64,000 nt of DNA from a virus. Its lineage: Duplodnaviria; Caudoviricetes. Below, piece after piece: positions 1 to 9,926 of this stretch. Position 1 is the stretch's first letter, and every line of letters starts with the position of its first letter. Where the stretch lies: positions 61,353-125,352 of IMG/VR virus record IMGVR_UViG_3300035517_000076. One strand, written 5' to 3'. The position numbers and the translations under genes are program-made. Under the pieces are notes generated by a model. The model was not told where the DNA came from. It made no database searches and worked only from the letters and a program-made list of their open reading frames with translations.

Positions 1-34
1 AATTATAGGCTTATTCATGTAATTGTGTTGTGGT

Positions 35-74
35 AGAGGAGGAGGATTAATTACTTTTTCCTTCTCCTCTTTTT
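35..74 (+). terminator. Rho-independent terminator
   Basis: 12-bp stem AGAGGAGGAGGA (35-46) / TCCTTCTCCTCT (59-70), one G-U pair, followed by a T-tract. Confidence 0.6.
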
Positions 75-135
75 CACTTCCTTACTACATAAGCTTCTTT
101 TCCTTACCTATGATAAACATTAACCTGTTCGTGTT

Positions 136-297
136 ATGAGAACACTTCAAAAGTATATCCTTGTAGAATATCCAGAATGTGAAAACTATATTAGTGAAGG
201 AATAGAAATCTTTCATGATGTAGAAAGACGAGTATGGTTTGTTCCTTATGAGGAATATACAAAAATGACCAAAAGAAAAGATTACATATATGACTAG
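136..297 (+). CDS. small hypothetical protein (53 aa, MRTLQKYILVEYPE...WFVPYEEY...)
   Basis: Translated by hand, below the ORF-track cutoff. Its TAG stop overlaps the helicase start at 290, suggesting translational coupling. Confidence 0.55.
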   Translation: MRTLQKYILVEYPECENYISEGIEIFHDVERRVWFVPYEEYTKMTKRKDYIYD

Positions 298-1498
298 AGA
301 AGAAATTGAAAGACAAGTATTAGATGCCCAAGGCTCTGTCTTGTTAGAATTAGGCACAGGCTATGGTAAGACAAAATTAGCTTTAACTAAAATGGCTAAT
401 CTGTATCAGCCTCATCAAGCAAAAATACTTATTGTTATTCCAAGAAATGTTCTTATTGGAAATCCTAAGGATGAGCAAACCAAAGGATGGATTGGAGAAA
501 TAAGGAAGTGGGGTTATGCAGAATACTTGTCTGATATTACTTTTACTACTTATGTAAGTCTTCATAAACACATTGGACATTGGAACTTGGTAATATTTGA
601 TGAAGCTCATCACTTATCAGAACGCTGCCAAGATATTATTAAACATTACAAAATTGATGTACTTATTGGACTGTCAGCTACATTTAATCCATGCTTAAAA
701 AGTTTTTATGCAGCTACTTTTAGTATTCCAAAGAAGAATATTATTAGAGTAGATACTATGAGTGCTATTGAAGATGGTGTTCTTCCTACTCCTAAGCTTG
801 TATTTATGCCTATTGATTTAGACAATACAAAGCATAACTTTGTTTATACAAGAAAAGCAAAGAAAGGATTTGAAAAGTTGGATACTATTACAATAGATTA
901 TTCAGAAACTTTTAAGTATAGAACTCATAAAGGTGCTATTGATATTAAATGTAGTGAAGCACAATATTATGCTATGATGTCTCAGACGATAGAATGGTAT
1001 GGAGGTAAGTTTGGTAAGTCCTCTCCATACTTTCTTCGTCAGAGCTTGATTAGATTACATTGGCTTGCAGAACGTAAGGAATCTTTTGTTAAAAAGTTCT
1101 TGAAGAAATTTACTGATGTACGTACATTAGTATTCTCTCCTTCTATTCAGTCTTCTGAAAATTTAGGATGTAGTTGTGTTAATTCTAAAGTTGGTGTTGA
1201 AGATCTTAGTGCATTTAATAAGCATGAAATAGATCATATTAGTGCTGTTGAATGTTTAACTGAGGGAGCAAATCTTGAAGATTGCAAGGTTTGTTTATTT
1301 CAAATTATCAATAGTTCTACACGCATTACTGTTCAGAAGATTGGTAGAGGATTAAGACACTCTTCTCCCGTACTAATCTTTCCTTATTATAGATATTCTA
1401 GAGAGGAAGAATTGGTTAAGAGACTTGCAGAGTCTTATGATGCAAATTTAATTTATGAAATTGATAGCTTAACAAAGCTAAAGAAACTGTTATACTAA
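290..1498 (+). CDS. superfamily 2 DEAH-box helicase (ResIII/UvsW-like)
   Basis: Walker A GTGYGKT, DEAH, motif III SAT, motif VI QKIGRGLR. Confidence 0.9.
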   Translation: MTREEIERQVLDAQGSVLLELGTGYGKTKLALTKMANLYQPHQAKILIVIPRNVLIGNPKDEQTKGWIGEIRKWGYAEYLSDITFTTYVSLHKHIGHWNLVIFDEAHHLSERCQDIIKHYKIDVLIGLSATFNPCLKSFYAATFSIPKKNIIRVDTMSAIEDGVLPTPKLVFMPIDLDNTKHNFVYTRKAKKGFEKLDTITIDYSETFKYRTHKGAIDIKCSEAQYYAMMSQTIEWYGGKFGKSSPYFLRQSLIRLHWLAERKESFVKKFLKKFTDVRTLVFSPSIQSSENLGCSCVNSKVGVEDLSAFNKHEIDHISAVECLTEGANLEDCKVCLFQIINSSTRITVQKIGRGLRHSSPVLIFPYYRYSREEELVKRLAESYDANLIYEIDSLTKLKKLLY

Positions 1499-1509
1499 AA
1501 CTAATTATT

Positions 1510-1920
1510 ATGGAAATGAAAGTTGCCAAAAAAGACCTTAAATTGGTTTTCTCTAACCCTGAGTATCATGTTTATGAAACTCGTTCTACTCAAGTAAAGA
1601 CTGTTATTTGTCTTTATAACTGCAAAGTAAAGGCAAGAAGTACACAAGAAACTCTTATGGCTTTTAAAGTTTGTGGAAAGTCTGAGTGTTCTAAACAAGA
1701 TGAGTTTAATGAACTTCTTGGCAAGAGACTTGCAGAGAGCAGAGCTAAACTTCAAGCTTATAAGAATGTAAAACAGTCTATGGCTGCTGATATTAATAAA
1801 CTTGAAGATATTGTTGAAAAAAGTTGTTCAGAGATTGAGTTCTATGACCAGATGAAATATTTAATTCAGAAGGAATCAGAACGAATTGAAGATCTGAAAG
1901 ACGGTAATATTCAACTATAA
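1510..1920 (+). CDS. hypothetical phage protein (possibly N4 gp49/Sf6 gp66-like)
   Basis: 136-aa ORF in the operon. The G-x-S-x-C...F...G-x-x-L-A pattern is only a weak resemblance. Confidence 0.6.
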   Translation: MEMKVAKKDLKLVFSNPEYHVYETRSTQVKTVICLYNCKVKARSTQETLMAFKVCGKSECSKQDEFNELLGKRLAESRAKLQAYKNVKQSMAADINKLEDIVEKSCSEIEFYDQMKYLIQKESERIEDLKDGNIQL

Positions 1921-2483
1921 TGGATCTTATCATTAATAGTAATGAAGCACAGAAGCGAGGACTAAATACTTATGAAGTTCTTGCTTCTCTGCTCATTAAG
2001 GACTATGATTGGGAGAGAGCAGTTAGTGAGTTACTTTTAAAAGGTATTATTGTCGAAGTAGGTAATGGAAAGTTTGAAGTTACACAGCATTGGAAAGATG
2101 AACTTGAAAATATCTTAGCTTGTAGTGTAAAGTCTGTTCCTACTAATGAACAATTAACTCAATTTGCCGAAGAACTCAGAGCAATCATGCCTGCCGGTAA
2201 AATGCCTGGAACTGCTTATTATTGGAAAGGAAACTCTAGAGAAATAGTTCAAAAGTTACAGAAATTTTATAGTGTTTATGGAACTTCTTATAGTCAAGAA
2301 GAGATTAAGAACGCTCTTCAAAGATATGTAAGTAGCTTTAATGGAAACTATAGATACATGAGACTATTGAAATATTTTATCTTTAAGAAAGTTGATTCTG
2401 GAGAAGAAGTTTCAGAGCTGGCTACATTGCTGGAAAATCAAAATGAAGAACAGAGCACTAATTGGATGGATGAATTACGATGA
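1920..2483 (+). CDS. hypothetical replication protein (possible initiator/helicase loader)
   Basis: 187 aa, overlaps the DnaB-like gene start. Function inferred from position only. Confidence 0.55.
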   Translation: MDLIINSNEAQKRGLNTYEVLASLLIKDYDWERAVSELLLKGIIVEVGNGKFEVTQHWKDELENILACSVKSVPTNEQLTQFAEELRAIMPAGKMPGTAYYWKGNSREIVQKLQKFYSVYGTSYSQEEIKNALQRYVSSFNGNYRYMRLLKYFIFKKVDSGEEVSELATLLENQNEEQSTNWMDELR

Positions 2484-3691
2484 ATCTTAGAGAACTTACT
2501 ATTAAGCATCTTAAAGAACAAAGACAAACTATTCTAAATGGTGGTGTCAATTGTATTCCATCTCCTTTTACTCGGTTTCGTCAAGACTTTCCAGGTATTC
2601 AAAGATTCTATTATGTAGTAACTGGTGCCACTAAGTCATCAAAAACTCAGATTACTAATTATCTATTTGTATTCACTCCTATTCTCTTCTGGGCTGCCAA
2701 TCCTACTAAGATTGCTAAGCCTAAGATTTTTTATTTTCCTTTAGAGGAAGACAGAATGAGTATTACACTTAGATTCTATTCTTTCTTACTATTCAGACTA
2801 AAAGGAATTTTTATTAGTCCTACTGATCTTGAATCAATAGATGAACGAAAACCTTTATCTGAAGAGGTACTGAAAGCAATGGATGAACCTGAGTTTAGAA
2901 TGTATGCAGACCTGTTTGAAGAATGTGTAGAGTTCAGAGAGGAAAGAAATCCTACTGGAATGTACATTGTTGTCGAAGATTATATGAAAAAACATGGTAC
3001 TATACATACTAAAGAACAAGAGGTTGTTTACAAAGATGAACTTGGTATTAAGCATACAGAACTAAGACAAGTATTTGACTATTATACTCCTAATGATCCT
3101 AATCAATATGTTATTTCTTTGGTAGATCATGCAGGACTTATTAGTCTTGAAAAGGATACTAAGACTCTTAAAGATGCAATAGAGTTACATTCAAGTAGAA
3201 ATATTATCCTAAGAAATAGATTTGGAGTTACTCCTATTCTAGTAATGCAGCAAAACTCTGAAACTACTAATCTAGAGGCATTTAAGGCTGCGAAGATTCG
3301 ACCAACTAAAGATGGTTTGAAAGATTCTAAGAGACCTGGAGAAGACGCCAGTTGTTTAATTGGCATTACAAATCCTCGTTCTTTTGATCTTCAATCTTAC
3401 TTAGGGTATGATTTATCTAGACTAAAAGATTCTTTTCGTGTACTTGAAATAGTCCTCAATAGAAAAGGTATAGCTAATGGTTTATGTCCTTTATATTTTG
3501 ATGGTGCTATATGTAGATTTGAAGAACTTCCTCTTCCTAATGATTCTCAAATTGAGCAAATGTATGCCTATGCTGAGAATATTAGACAGAGAAGAAGTAC
3601 TCTTATGTTTATGTACAATTTAAGTAAACTATTTGGTAGGAGAAGATTTATACACTATCTTCGTGACCTACTTTCCGTAACAAATAAATAA
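2480..3691 (+). CDS. DnaB-like replicative helicase
   Basis: Walker A-like GATKSSKT, Walker B LVDH, MQQ, LKDS and LNRKG motifs of the DnaB/RecA fold. Confidence 0.8.
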   Translation: MNLRELTIKHLKEQRQTILNGGVNCIPSPFTRFRQDFPGIQRFYYVVTGATKSSKTQITNYLFVFTPILFWAANPTKIAKPKIFYFPLEEDRMSITLRFYSFLLFRLKGIFISPTDLESIDERKPLSEEVLKAMDEPEFRMYADLFEECVEFREERNPTGMYIVVEDYMKKHGTIHTKEQEVVYKDELGIKHTELRQVFDYYTPNDPNQYVISLVDHAGLISLEKDTKTLKDAIELHSSRNIILRNRFGVTPILVMQQNSETTNLEAFKAAKIRPTKDGLKDSKRPGEDASCLIGITNPRSFDLQSYLGYDLSRLKDSFRVLEIVLNRKGIANGLCPLYFDGAICRFEELPLPNDSQIEQMYAYAENIRQRRSTLMFMYNLSKLFGRRRFIHYLRDLLSVTNK

Positions 3692-3697
3692 AACAAA

Positions 3698-4375
3698 ATG
3701 GCAAATTGTGTTGTTATTCTTGGTGCAACTGGCACAGGAAAGTCTACAAGTATCAAAGGACTTGATCCTAAAGAGACTGTAGTGTTTAACATTCTTAAAA
3801 AGAGACTTCCTTTTAAAGGAAGTTTGGGAATGTATAATACTGAGAACAAAAATCTTTTTGAAGTATCTGAGTATCAAAAAATTATTCAGTATCTTCAAAG
3901 TATTAGTACCAAAGCTACTTATGTAAAGAATGTAGTTCTTGATGATTCTACATTTATTATGCGTAAGGAATATTTTGACAGAGCTAAAGAAAATGGATTT
4001 GGAAAGTTCATAGACTTAGCTTTGCATTTTCAGAATATTATTGAAGCTTGTGAGTCACTTCGTTCTGATTTGAATGTTTTCTTTATTCTGCATAGTGAAC
4101 CTATTGTCAGTGATAATACTATTGTTGATTATAAGGTAGCTACTGTAGGAAAATTATTGGATACTCAGTATAACATTCTTGAAGTAGTTCCTATAGTTTT
4201 ATTTAGTACAGTAAAGTTTAATGAAGGAAAACCTGTCTATGGATTCTATACTAATAAAACTATTGACAGAGGTTCTCTTATTCCAGCAAAATCACCTGAA
4301 GGAATGTTTGAAGAAGAGTTTATTCCTAATGATTTAAGTATCGTAGTTAAAGCAATGAATGAATATTGGTCATAA
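3698..4375 (+). CDS. AAA_24 / Sak4-like ATPase (recombinase)
   Basis: GATGTGKST, VVLDD, ILHSE, C-terminal AKSPEGMF. Confidence 0.8.
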   Translation: MANCVVILGATGTGKSTSIKGLDPKETVVFNILKKRLPFKGSLGMYNTENKNLFEVSEYQKIIQYLQSISTKATYVKNVVLDDSTFIMRKEYFDRAKENGFGKFIDLALHFQNIIEACESLRSDLNVFFILHSEPIVSDNTIVDYKVATVGKLLDTQYNILEVVPIVLFSTVKFNEGKPVYGFYTNKTIDRGSLIPAKSPEGMFEEEFIPNDLSIVVKAMNEYWS

Positions 4376-4402
4376 GACCATATAACAAAACAATTAAATA
4401 AC

Positions 4403-4885
4403 ATGGAAAAAGCAGTTTTAAACAGTCGTCAAATTAGTCAGCTTAAATTAGCTGCTAAGAGTGTGGACCTTGAGTATCAGAAAATGATTAAACTCAATGA
4501 GCAAATCTTAAAGCTTGAAGCTGATCGTAATGCCATCAAAGCATTTGTAAATTCAGTAGAGAAACCTTTCCTTGAAAGATTTGGTTATACTCCTACTCAA
4601 CTTATCAAGAAGGAAATTACAGTAGCTGTAGATGCTACAGGTAATACCAAGAGAGACAAGAATGGTTATCCTGTTAAAGTAACTAAGTTTGTACTTCGTT
4701 ATCCTGATACCATTTTCCCTACTGAATCAGATTCTAATGGTTCAGACTTTGATATTGATTCTACTGTAGATAAGGAAGAAGAAGTAGAAGAAGTAAAAGA
4801 AGGCCTTAAAGAAGCAGAAGAGGTAAGAGAAACTATTAATGAAGCAGTTGATACAGCTATTGATCCAGAATTGGAGAAGCTTTAA
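4403..4885 (+). CDS. hypothetical protein (coiled coil, acidic C-terminus)
   Basis: 160-aa ORF, co-oriented in the replication operon. Confidence 0.7.
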   Translation: MEKAVLNSRQISQLKLAAKSVDLEYQKMIKLNEQILKLEADRNAIKAFVNSVEKPFLERFGYTPTQLIKKEITVAVDATGNTKRDKNGYPVKVTKFVLRYPDTIFPTESDSNGSDFDIDSTVDKEEEVEEVKEGLKEAEEVRETINEAVDTAIDPELEKL

Positions 4886-4911
4886 ATAATTAATTTTAAA
4901 CATTTACGAAA

Positions 4912-5883
4912 ATGACAGTTAAAGAAAAGATTGCTAACTTCCTGTTTTTAATGGTAGGTAAGCATAGCGAGTCACATGAATCAACAGTATTCCATCGTTA
5001 TATTGGCATGGGTACTGTAAAAGTATTGGCAGTAAATCCTACAGTAAAGGAAATCGAAAAGTTCATGGGATTTACTCCTAAAGCAGAACCTTCTTATTTC
5101 GGTATTGACACTACTGAGAATGTACATACTGCTCGTATTACATTTATTGTAAGAACTACTCCTGAAGATAATAATGGTATTGAAGTTACAAACTTCCTTA
5201 CCTTTAATATTCGTGGTTCTTTTGTTAAGGGTTCTCAGTCTGGTAAGTATCAAGTAATGGATGACTATGGTCGTGATGCTTGGGTTGATGAAGCAGTAAT
5301 GAAAGCTAAGGGTCAGATTCTTTATAAGAACGGTCCTGCAAACATTAATCTTGACTATCATCCTGTACTTAGAGGAGAGATTGCTTTGACTAACTTTTTG
5401 AGAGTTTATTTAGGTATTCCTAATCCTGCTAATTATATTAATGGCAATTGGGTAGAGAAGACTGGTGATGAACTTGCAGATGCTAAGTTAAAGTTGGAAT
5501 CCTTTAAGAAATACTTTAGCGGTGATGTATCGGAAATCAAGGAAGCTATTGCACTTCAACCTGAAAATAAAGTAACTGTAGCATTTGGTATTCGTACAGA
5601 TGAGCAAGGAAGAGAGTATCAGAGTCTTTATTCGGACACTGTTATTAAGTATGGTGCTCAAAATTATAATGCTGTTATAAGAGACATCAATGAACGTAAG
5701 GCAAATGGAGGTCTTTCTTCAACAGTATTTGATTTTACTCCTCTTCACGAGTACACTACTGCTCCTACTAACTTGGATTCCCCTGTTGATGTAGCAGATC
5801 CCTTTGGAACTCCTACTCCTACTACTGCTCCTATGGAAGCACCTTTAGGACCTGATGGATCTCCAAATGGCCTTCCGTGGTAA
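4912..5883 (+). CDS. putative single-stranded DNA-binding protein (crAss type)
   Basis: VLAVNPT motif and Pro/acidic tail ending LPW (an SSB-like tail). Lies between the Sak4-like ATPase and the primase. Confidence 0.6.
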   Translation: MTVKEKIANFLFLMVGKHSESHESTVFHRYIGMGTVKVLAVNPTVKEIEKFMGFTPKAEPSYFGIDTTENVHTARITFIVRTTPEDNNGIEVTNFLTFNIRGSFVKGSQSGKYQVMDDYGRDAWVDEAVMKAKGQILYKNGPANINLDYHPVLRGEIALTNFLRVYLGIPNPANYINGNWVEKTGDELADAKLKLESFKKYFSGDVSEIKEAIALQPENKVTVAFGIRTDEQGREYQSLYSDTVIKYGAQNYNAVIRDINERKANGGLSSTVFDFTPLHEYTTAPTNLDSPVDVADPFGTPTPTTAPMEAPLGPDGSPNGLPW

Positions 5884-5891
5884 CTTCTCAA

Positions 5892-5932
5892 GACTTCTTT
5901 GACTGAGTAATCAGTTAAAGAAGTTCTTTCTA
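5892..5932 (+). terminator. stem-loop / probable terminator
   Basis: GACTTCTTTGACTGA-GTAA-TCAGTTAAAGAAGTT (GNRA loop), then a T-rich tail. Confidence 0.6.
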
Positions 5933-5946
5933 TAAATCTATATGCT

Positions 5947-6963
5947 ATGATTATTGGTTCTACAACTGAAAGTATTTGCAAAGAAGATATTATTAAATAT
6001 ATTTCTGAAGCAGATATCTTAGGAAAATACTTAGGTATTTCCTCAATTCCTTGTGTGATTAACAGCCCTTTTAGAAGAGATAATAATCCTTCTTTTCTAC
6101 TGTACTCTCCTGACTTAAAGGCAGTAAACTATATTGACTTTGGTACTGGGGAAAGGGGAAACTGTATTCATTTGTTAATGAAATTATGGAATTTAGATAG
6201 AATATCAGTATATAAGAGAATACAAAAAGATTTAACCAAATTCAATACTATTGAATGTAAACAAATACAATCAAGAAAATGTACTGTTTCTGTACTTCCA
6301 CATGATACTCAGCTTAAATGCGAGATTAGGGAATGGAGAAAGTATGATATTGAATATTGGGAATCTTATGGTATTTCTATTGAGTGGCTTAAATACTGTG
6401 AGGTTTATCCAATTAAACATAAGATTATTATCAAGAATGGGAGAGAAATGTCTTTTGGTGTAGATAAATATGCTTATGCTTTTGTAGAAAGAAAAGAAGG
6501 AAAAACTACATACAAGCTGTATCAACCATATAATAAGTGTGGAAGAAAGTGGTGTAATAACCATGACAGAAGTGTACTTGGATTATGGACTAAACTACCT
6601 GAAACAGGTAAAGCAGTATGTGTCTGTTCCAGTGTGAAAGATGCTATCTGTCTAATGGCTAATATTCAAATGCCTTGTATATGTTTGCAAGGAGAAGGAT
6701 ATCCAATTTCAGATACAGCTATTAAAGAACTTAGAAAAAGATTTACTGATATATATGTCTGTTTAGATAACGATGAAACTGGACTACGAGATGCTGAAAA
6801 ACTAGCAGAAAAGCATCAACTAATTAACGTAGTTATTCCTCAATTTGAAGGAGGAAAAGACATTTCAGATTACTACAAACTATACAAACAGAAATCTTTT
6901 CGAGAGTTATTTATACAATTATTTATACAAACAAGAAACAATTGGTATGAAAAACATACCTAA
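5947..6963 (+). CDS. DNA primase (DnaG-like, TOPRIM)
   Basis: N-terminal SPFRRDNNPSF...DFGTG domain, SSVKD, and TOPRIM DNDETG...KDISD. Confidence 0.85.
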   Translation: MIIGSTTESICKEDIIKYISEADILGKYLGISSIPCVINSPFRRDNNPSFLLYSPDLKAVNYIDFGTGERGNCIHLLMKLWNLDRISVYKRIQKDLTKFNTIECKQIQSRKCTVSVLPHDTQLKCEIREWRKYDIEYWESYGISIEWLKYCEVYPIKHKIIIKNGREMSFGVDKYAYAFVERKEGKTTYKLYQPYNKCGRKWCNNHDRSVLGLWTKLPETGKAVCVCSSVKDAICLMANIQMPCICLQGEGYPISDTAIKELRKRFTDIYVCLDNDETGLRDAEKLAEKHQLINVVIPQFEGGKDISDYYKLYKQKSFRELFIQLFIQTRNNWYEKHT

Positions 6964-6995
6964 ATTTAGTATCACATTTTTAAACTTCTAGAACT

Positions 6996-7634
6996 ATGGA
7001 AGAAAGAGTTATTACAATCGTTGATTCTGCTACAAACACTAAGTATCAGGTAACTACAAGTGCAACTACGTTTGGTGAACTTAAAGTAGATGCAGCAGCA
7101 GCAGGTGTTAATTATGAAGGTAAGGATTGGCTTGAGGGCATTACCAAAACTACTCCTGTTAATGATTCAGATTTACTTCCCACCGATGTAAACTGGAGAG
7201 GAACTACCACTAATAATCTTGTTTATATGCTTACTAATACAAACAAGAAGATTAAATCTGGTGCTAATTTATTCACTAGAGCAGAAGTAATACAGGCTAT
7301 TAAAGCTAATCACCTGGAGTATGCAGTTAAAACAAAGTTTGGAAAGAACTATACTAATTGCAGCACAGATGACTTGCGTTCTGTAATCAATGCTCCTAGT
7401 CCTTCTACTAGAACAGCACCTGCTTCTGTTCCTGCTTCTCCTGCAACTCCGTCTGATAGCGATAGGTCTTTGAAGGCTATTATTATTAGACACTTGCTTG
7501 CATTAAAAGAAGAACTTCCTGCTGATATTGTTAAGCAGGTGTTTGAGGGTAATACTGCTGCTTCTAAGTCTACTCTTCCTAAAACTACTAATGTAGAATT
7601 TTCGGATGACGACATTGATGCAATGTTTGATTGA
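6996..7634 (+). CDS. putative ubiquitin-like (beta-grasp) protein precursor with C-terminal extension
   Basis: Residues 1-89 show a beta-beta-alpha (TFGELK) pattern ending KKIKSG. Followed by a small helical domain, a Pro/Ala/Ser linker and an acidic tail. Directly upstream of E2-, JAB- and E1-like genes. Confidence 0.6.
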   Translation: MEERVITIVDSATNTKYQVTTSATTFGELKVDAAAAGVNYEGKDWLEGITKTTPVNDSDLLPTDVNWRGTTTNNLVYMLTNTNKKIKSGANLFTRAEVIQAIKANHLEYAVKTKFGKNYTNCSTDDLRSVINAPSPSTRTAPASVPASPATPSDSDRSLKAIIIRHLLALKEELPADIVKQVFEGNTAASKSTLPKTTNVEFSDDDIDAMFD

Positions 7635-7667
7635 TTGCCATTTTAAGTAATTATATTTGTATGTTTT

Positions 7668-7703
7668 AGGGGAAGGGATAACAATCCTTTCCCCTTTATT
7701 TTT
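7668..7703 (+). terminator. Rho-independent terminator
   Basis: AGGGGAAGGGAT-AACA-ATCCTTTCCCCT followed by TTATTTTT. Confidence 0.75.
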
Positions 7704-7711
7704 GAGTTATT

Positions 7712-8794
7712 ATGAAACCAATAGTTCAAGAAATTTATGACATTTTTAAGGATTACTATGGGGAAGAAAGAGTAGACATAAAGTACAATATTGTAGAGGA
7801 AAATGATAAAAACGTTAATCATTCTATAGTAAAGTTTAATTCAAATACTCATGGTACTTCTTATTATGCTAATTATGATTATTGTATATTGATACATTGG
7901 CCTAAAGTAACTATTACAAATGAACAAAACTTATCTATAGATATATATAATCTCTACTGTGCTGTTTATTTAACTGATACAGGACTTCTTGGTGCCGGAC
8001 CTTTGTTTACCAAATCTTCTTATACATCAAAGCAATGGTCAAGACATTATGTTCATAGTCATGTTCCCGTTCTAAACTATGATATGCCTTCTACATTTAA
8101 GAAAAGCTGTTTAGGTACAGGTCCTTTAGTTCATACAATAAATTTACTTTCCGCTCAGAATGATTTGGACAGATGGAGATTATTTGTTTGGGAATTAGAT
8201 AAATATGTTCATGTAGAATCTTTATCCGGTGTTCCTTACATTAACCTTTCTTCTGTACTTAATGCTTCAGAAAGAGTAGATTACATTAAAGAGGTTATTC
8301 CAACAAACACTTTCAGATGTTCTAATGATAATAATAAAGAACTGCTTAAAAGCTTCTTTTATTATTTAATCATGTCTAATAAGTTTGTTTTTTGTTTTAA
8401 GAATGGCCAGTATTACTTTGGTATGTCTACTACAGAGTTCTTTACTCTAATAAGTAATTTATTTATTGATTGGGTTAATAAAGATTATGAGAAAAGATCT
8501 TATTTTGCTGTTACTCAATTAGTCAAAAAAGTAATTATTTCAGGCAAAATTTATGAACCTGATGATGTAAATAGATACTCAATGAAAGATTTTGTCGGAG
8601 AGTATTTATTTATGTTTAAAGATAAGAAAGTTTGTTTGGAAAACTTAGATAATGACTTTGAAGGAGAAAGAAACTATTTTAGAATGGTTAATTCTATCTT
8701 AGCAGGATATTTGTATTATAAAATTCTTAGATTCGTAAATTACTATTATGGAAATAAAGCTGTTTCCCCTAATAAAGAAATCATCCTCTTATAA
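7712..8794 (+). CDS. putative prokaryotic E2-like (UBC-fold) conjugating enzyme
   Basis: HSH(115-117)...SCLG(C133), resembling the E2 HPN/HPH...CLG signature, plus gene context. Confidence 0.55.
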   Translation: MKPIVQEIYDIFKDYYGEERVDIKYNIVEENDKNVNHSIVKFNSNTHGTSYYANYDYCILIHWPKVTITNEQNLSIDIYNLYCAVYLTDTGLLGAGPLFTKSSYTSKQWSRHYVHSHVPVLNYDMPSTFKKSCLGTGPLVHTINLLSAQNDLDRWRLFVWELDKYVHVESLSGVPYINLSSVLNASERVDYIKEVIPTNTFRCSNDNNKELLKSFFYYLIMSNKFVFCFKNGQYYFGMSTTEFFTLISNLFIDWVNKDYEKRSYFAVTQLVKKVIISGKIYEPDDVNRYSMKDFVGEYLFMFKDKKVCLENLDNDFEGERNYFRMVNSILAGYLYYKILRFVNYYYGNKAVSPNKEIILL

Positions 8795-9926
8795 GATTAT
8801 TGTTACTTCTGCTCTTGAAAATAAGATTAGATTTCTGTGTGAGAAACTTCCTACTAAGGAATATTCAGGCACATTGTTTTATAAGATTTCAGGAACTTTT
8901 GAAAACAATGATTTAGTTGTTGAGGCTGTAGATTTCTTTCTTCAAGACATTGGTGTTAGTGCATATACCGAATTTAAAAATGATGTAAATCTTGCTTCTT
9001 ATATAGTAGAACATGATTTACTTGATTGTTATATGGGTTTAATGCACTCTCATGATGTAATGCCCACTTTCTTCTCTGGCACAGATACTTCAACTTTACA
9101 GTCAGAGGGATCTGAAGCTAATCATTTCGTATCTTTAATTGTAAATAATGCTGGTGAATATTCAGCAGCTATTACAAGAAAAGTACACCAGAAAGGAGAG
9201 GGAAAGTATAAGTGTGACTATAATTCTTTTGAGAATGTTAATAAAACATTTGATGGAGAAGATTACATAGTCGAAAATAAGATTGTTGAATACTTTGATT
9301 TAACAATAGAAAAACAGGAAGCAAGTAAAGCTGAAGAATCTGAACTCAATGAACGCTATGAGTTCTTACTAAAGAGTAATACATCCTTCCTCAACTCTAC
9401 TAAGACTCCTTCCGAGTTCTCCAAACCTGCTACTAAGATTACTGGTTTTGATGAAGATTTTGTAACCCCTGACTATACTCAATGGTTTGAAAACTATCAG
9501 AAGAAGTATGGTAGAAAACAGCTTAGTATTTGGGAATATGATGAAATTCCAATTACAAAGACTTTAGCAAACATTAGTCAAGCATTAATTAAAAGTCAAG
9601 TATCTCAAATCATTACAGGCAATATATTCTCTAGTTATAATACTAAGCTTGACTTAGATAAGTGGGGAATAAATATGGCTAAAGCCTATGATACAAGATT
9701 TGCAGGTAAAGATGGTTGGGATAATTTTATTGTATATGCTGACTCTTTAGTTGAATTTCTTGCAGGTGAAGCTGTACCTACTTCATATCTGGATCCTTAT
9801 AGTGAAAGTACATACTATAAAACCGAAGCTTGGGTAGGAGCAGTTATACGAGAATTAAAGAAGTACAAGTCTAATAAGTATATGAATTACTATATTAAAA
9901 GTATTAAACGATGGCTGACAATGTAA
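8748..9926 (+). CDS. JAB/MPN+ (JAMM) metallopeptidase
   Basis: E38...H100-S-H102-x7-S110-x2-D113 (HSHDVMPTFFSGTD), a complete JAMM motif. Confidence 0.85.
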   Translation: MEIKLFPLIKKSSSYKIIVTSALENKIRFLCEKLPTKEYSGTLFYKISGTFENNDLVVEAVDFFLQDIGVSAYTEFKNDVNLASYIVEHDLLDCYMGLMHSHDVMPTFFSGTDTSTLQSEGSEANHFVSLIVNNAGEYSAAITRKVHQKGEGKYKCDYNSFENVNKTFDGEDYIVENKIVEYFDLTIEKQEASKAEESELNERYEFLLKSNTSFLNSTKTPSEFSKPATKITGFDEDFVTPDYTQWFENYQKKYGRKQLSIWEYDEIPITKTLANISQALIKSQVSQIITGNIFSSYNTKLDLDKWGINMAKAYDTRFAGKDGWDNFIVYADSLVEFLAGEAVPTSYLDPYSESTYYKTEAWVGAVIRELKKYKSNKYMNYYIKSIKRWLTM

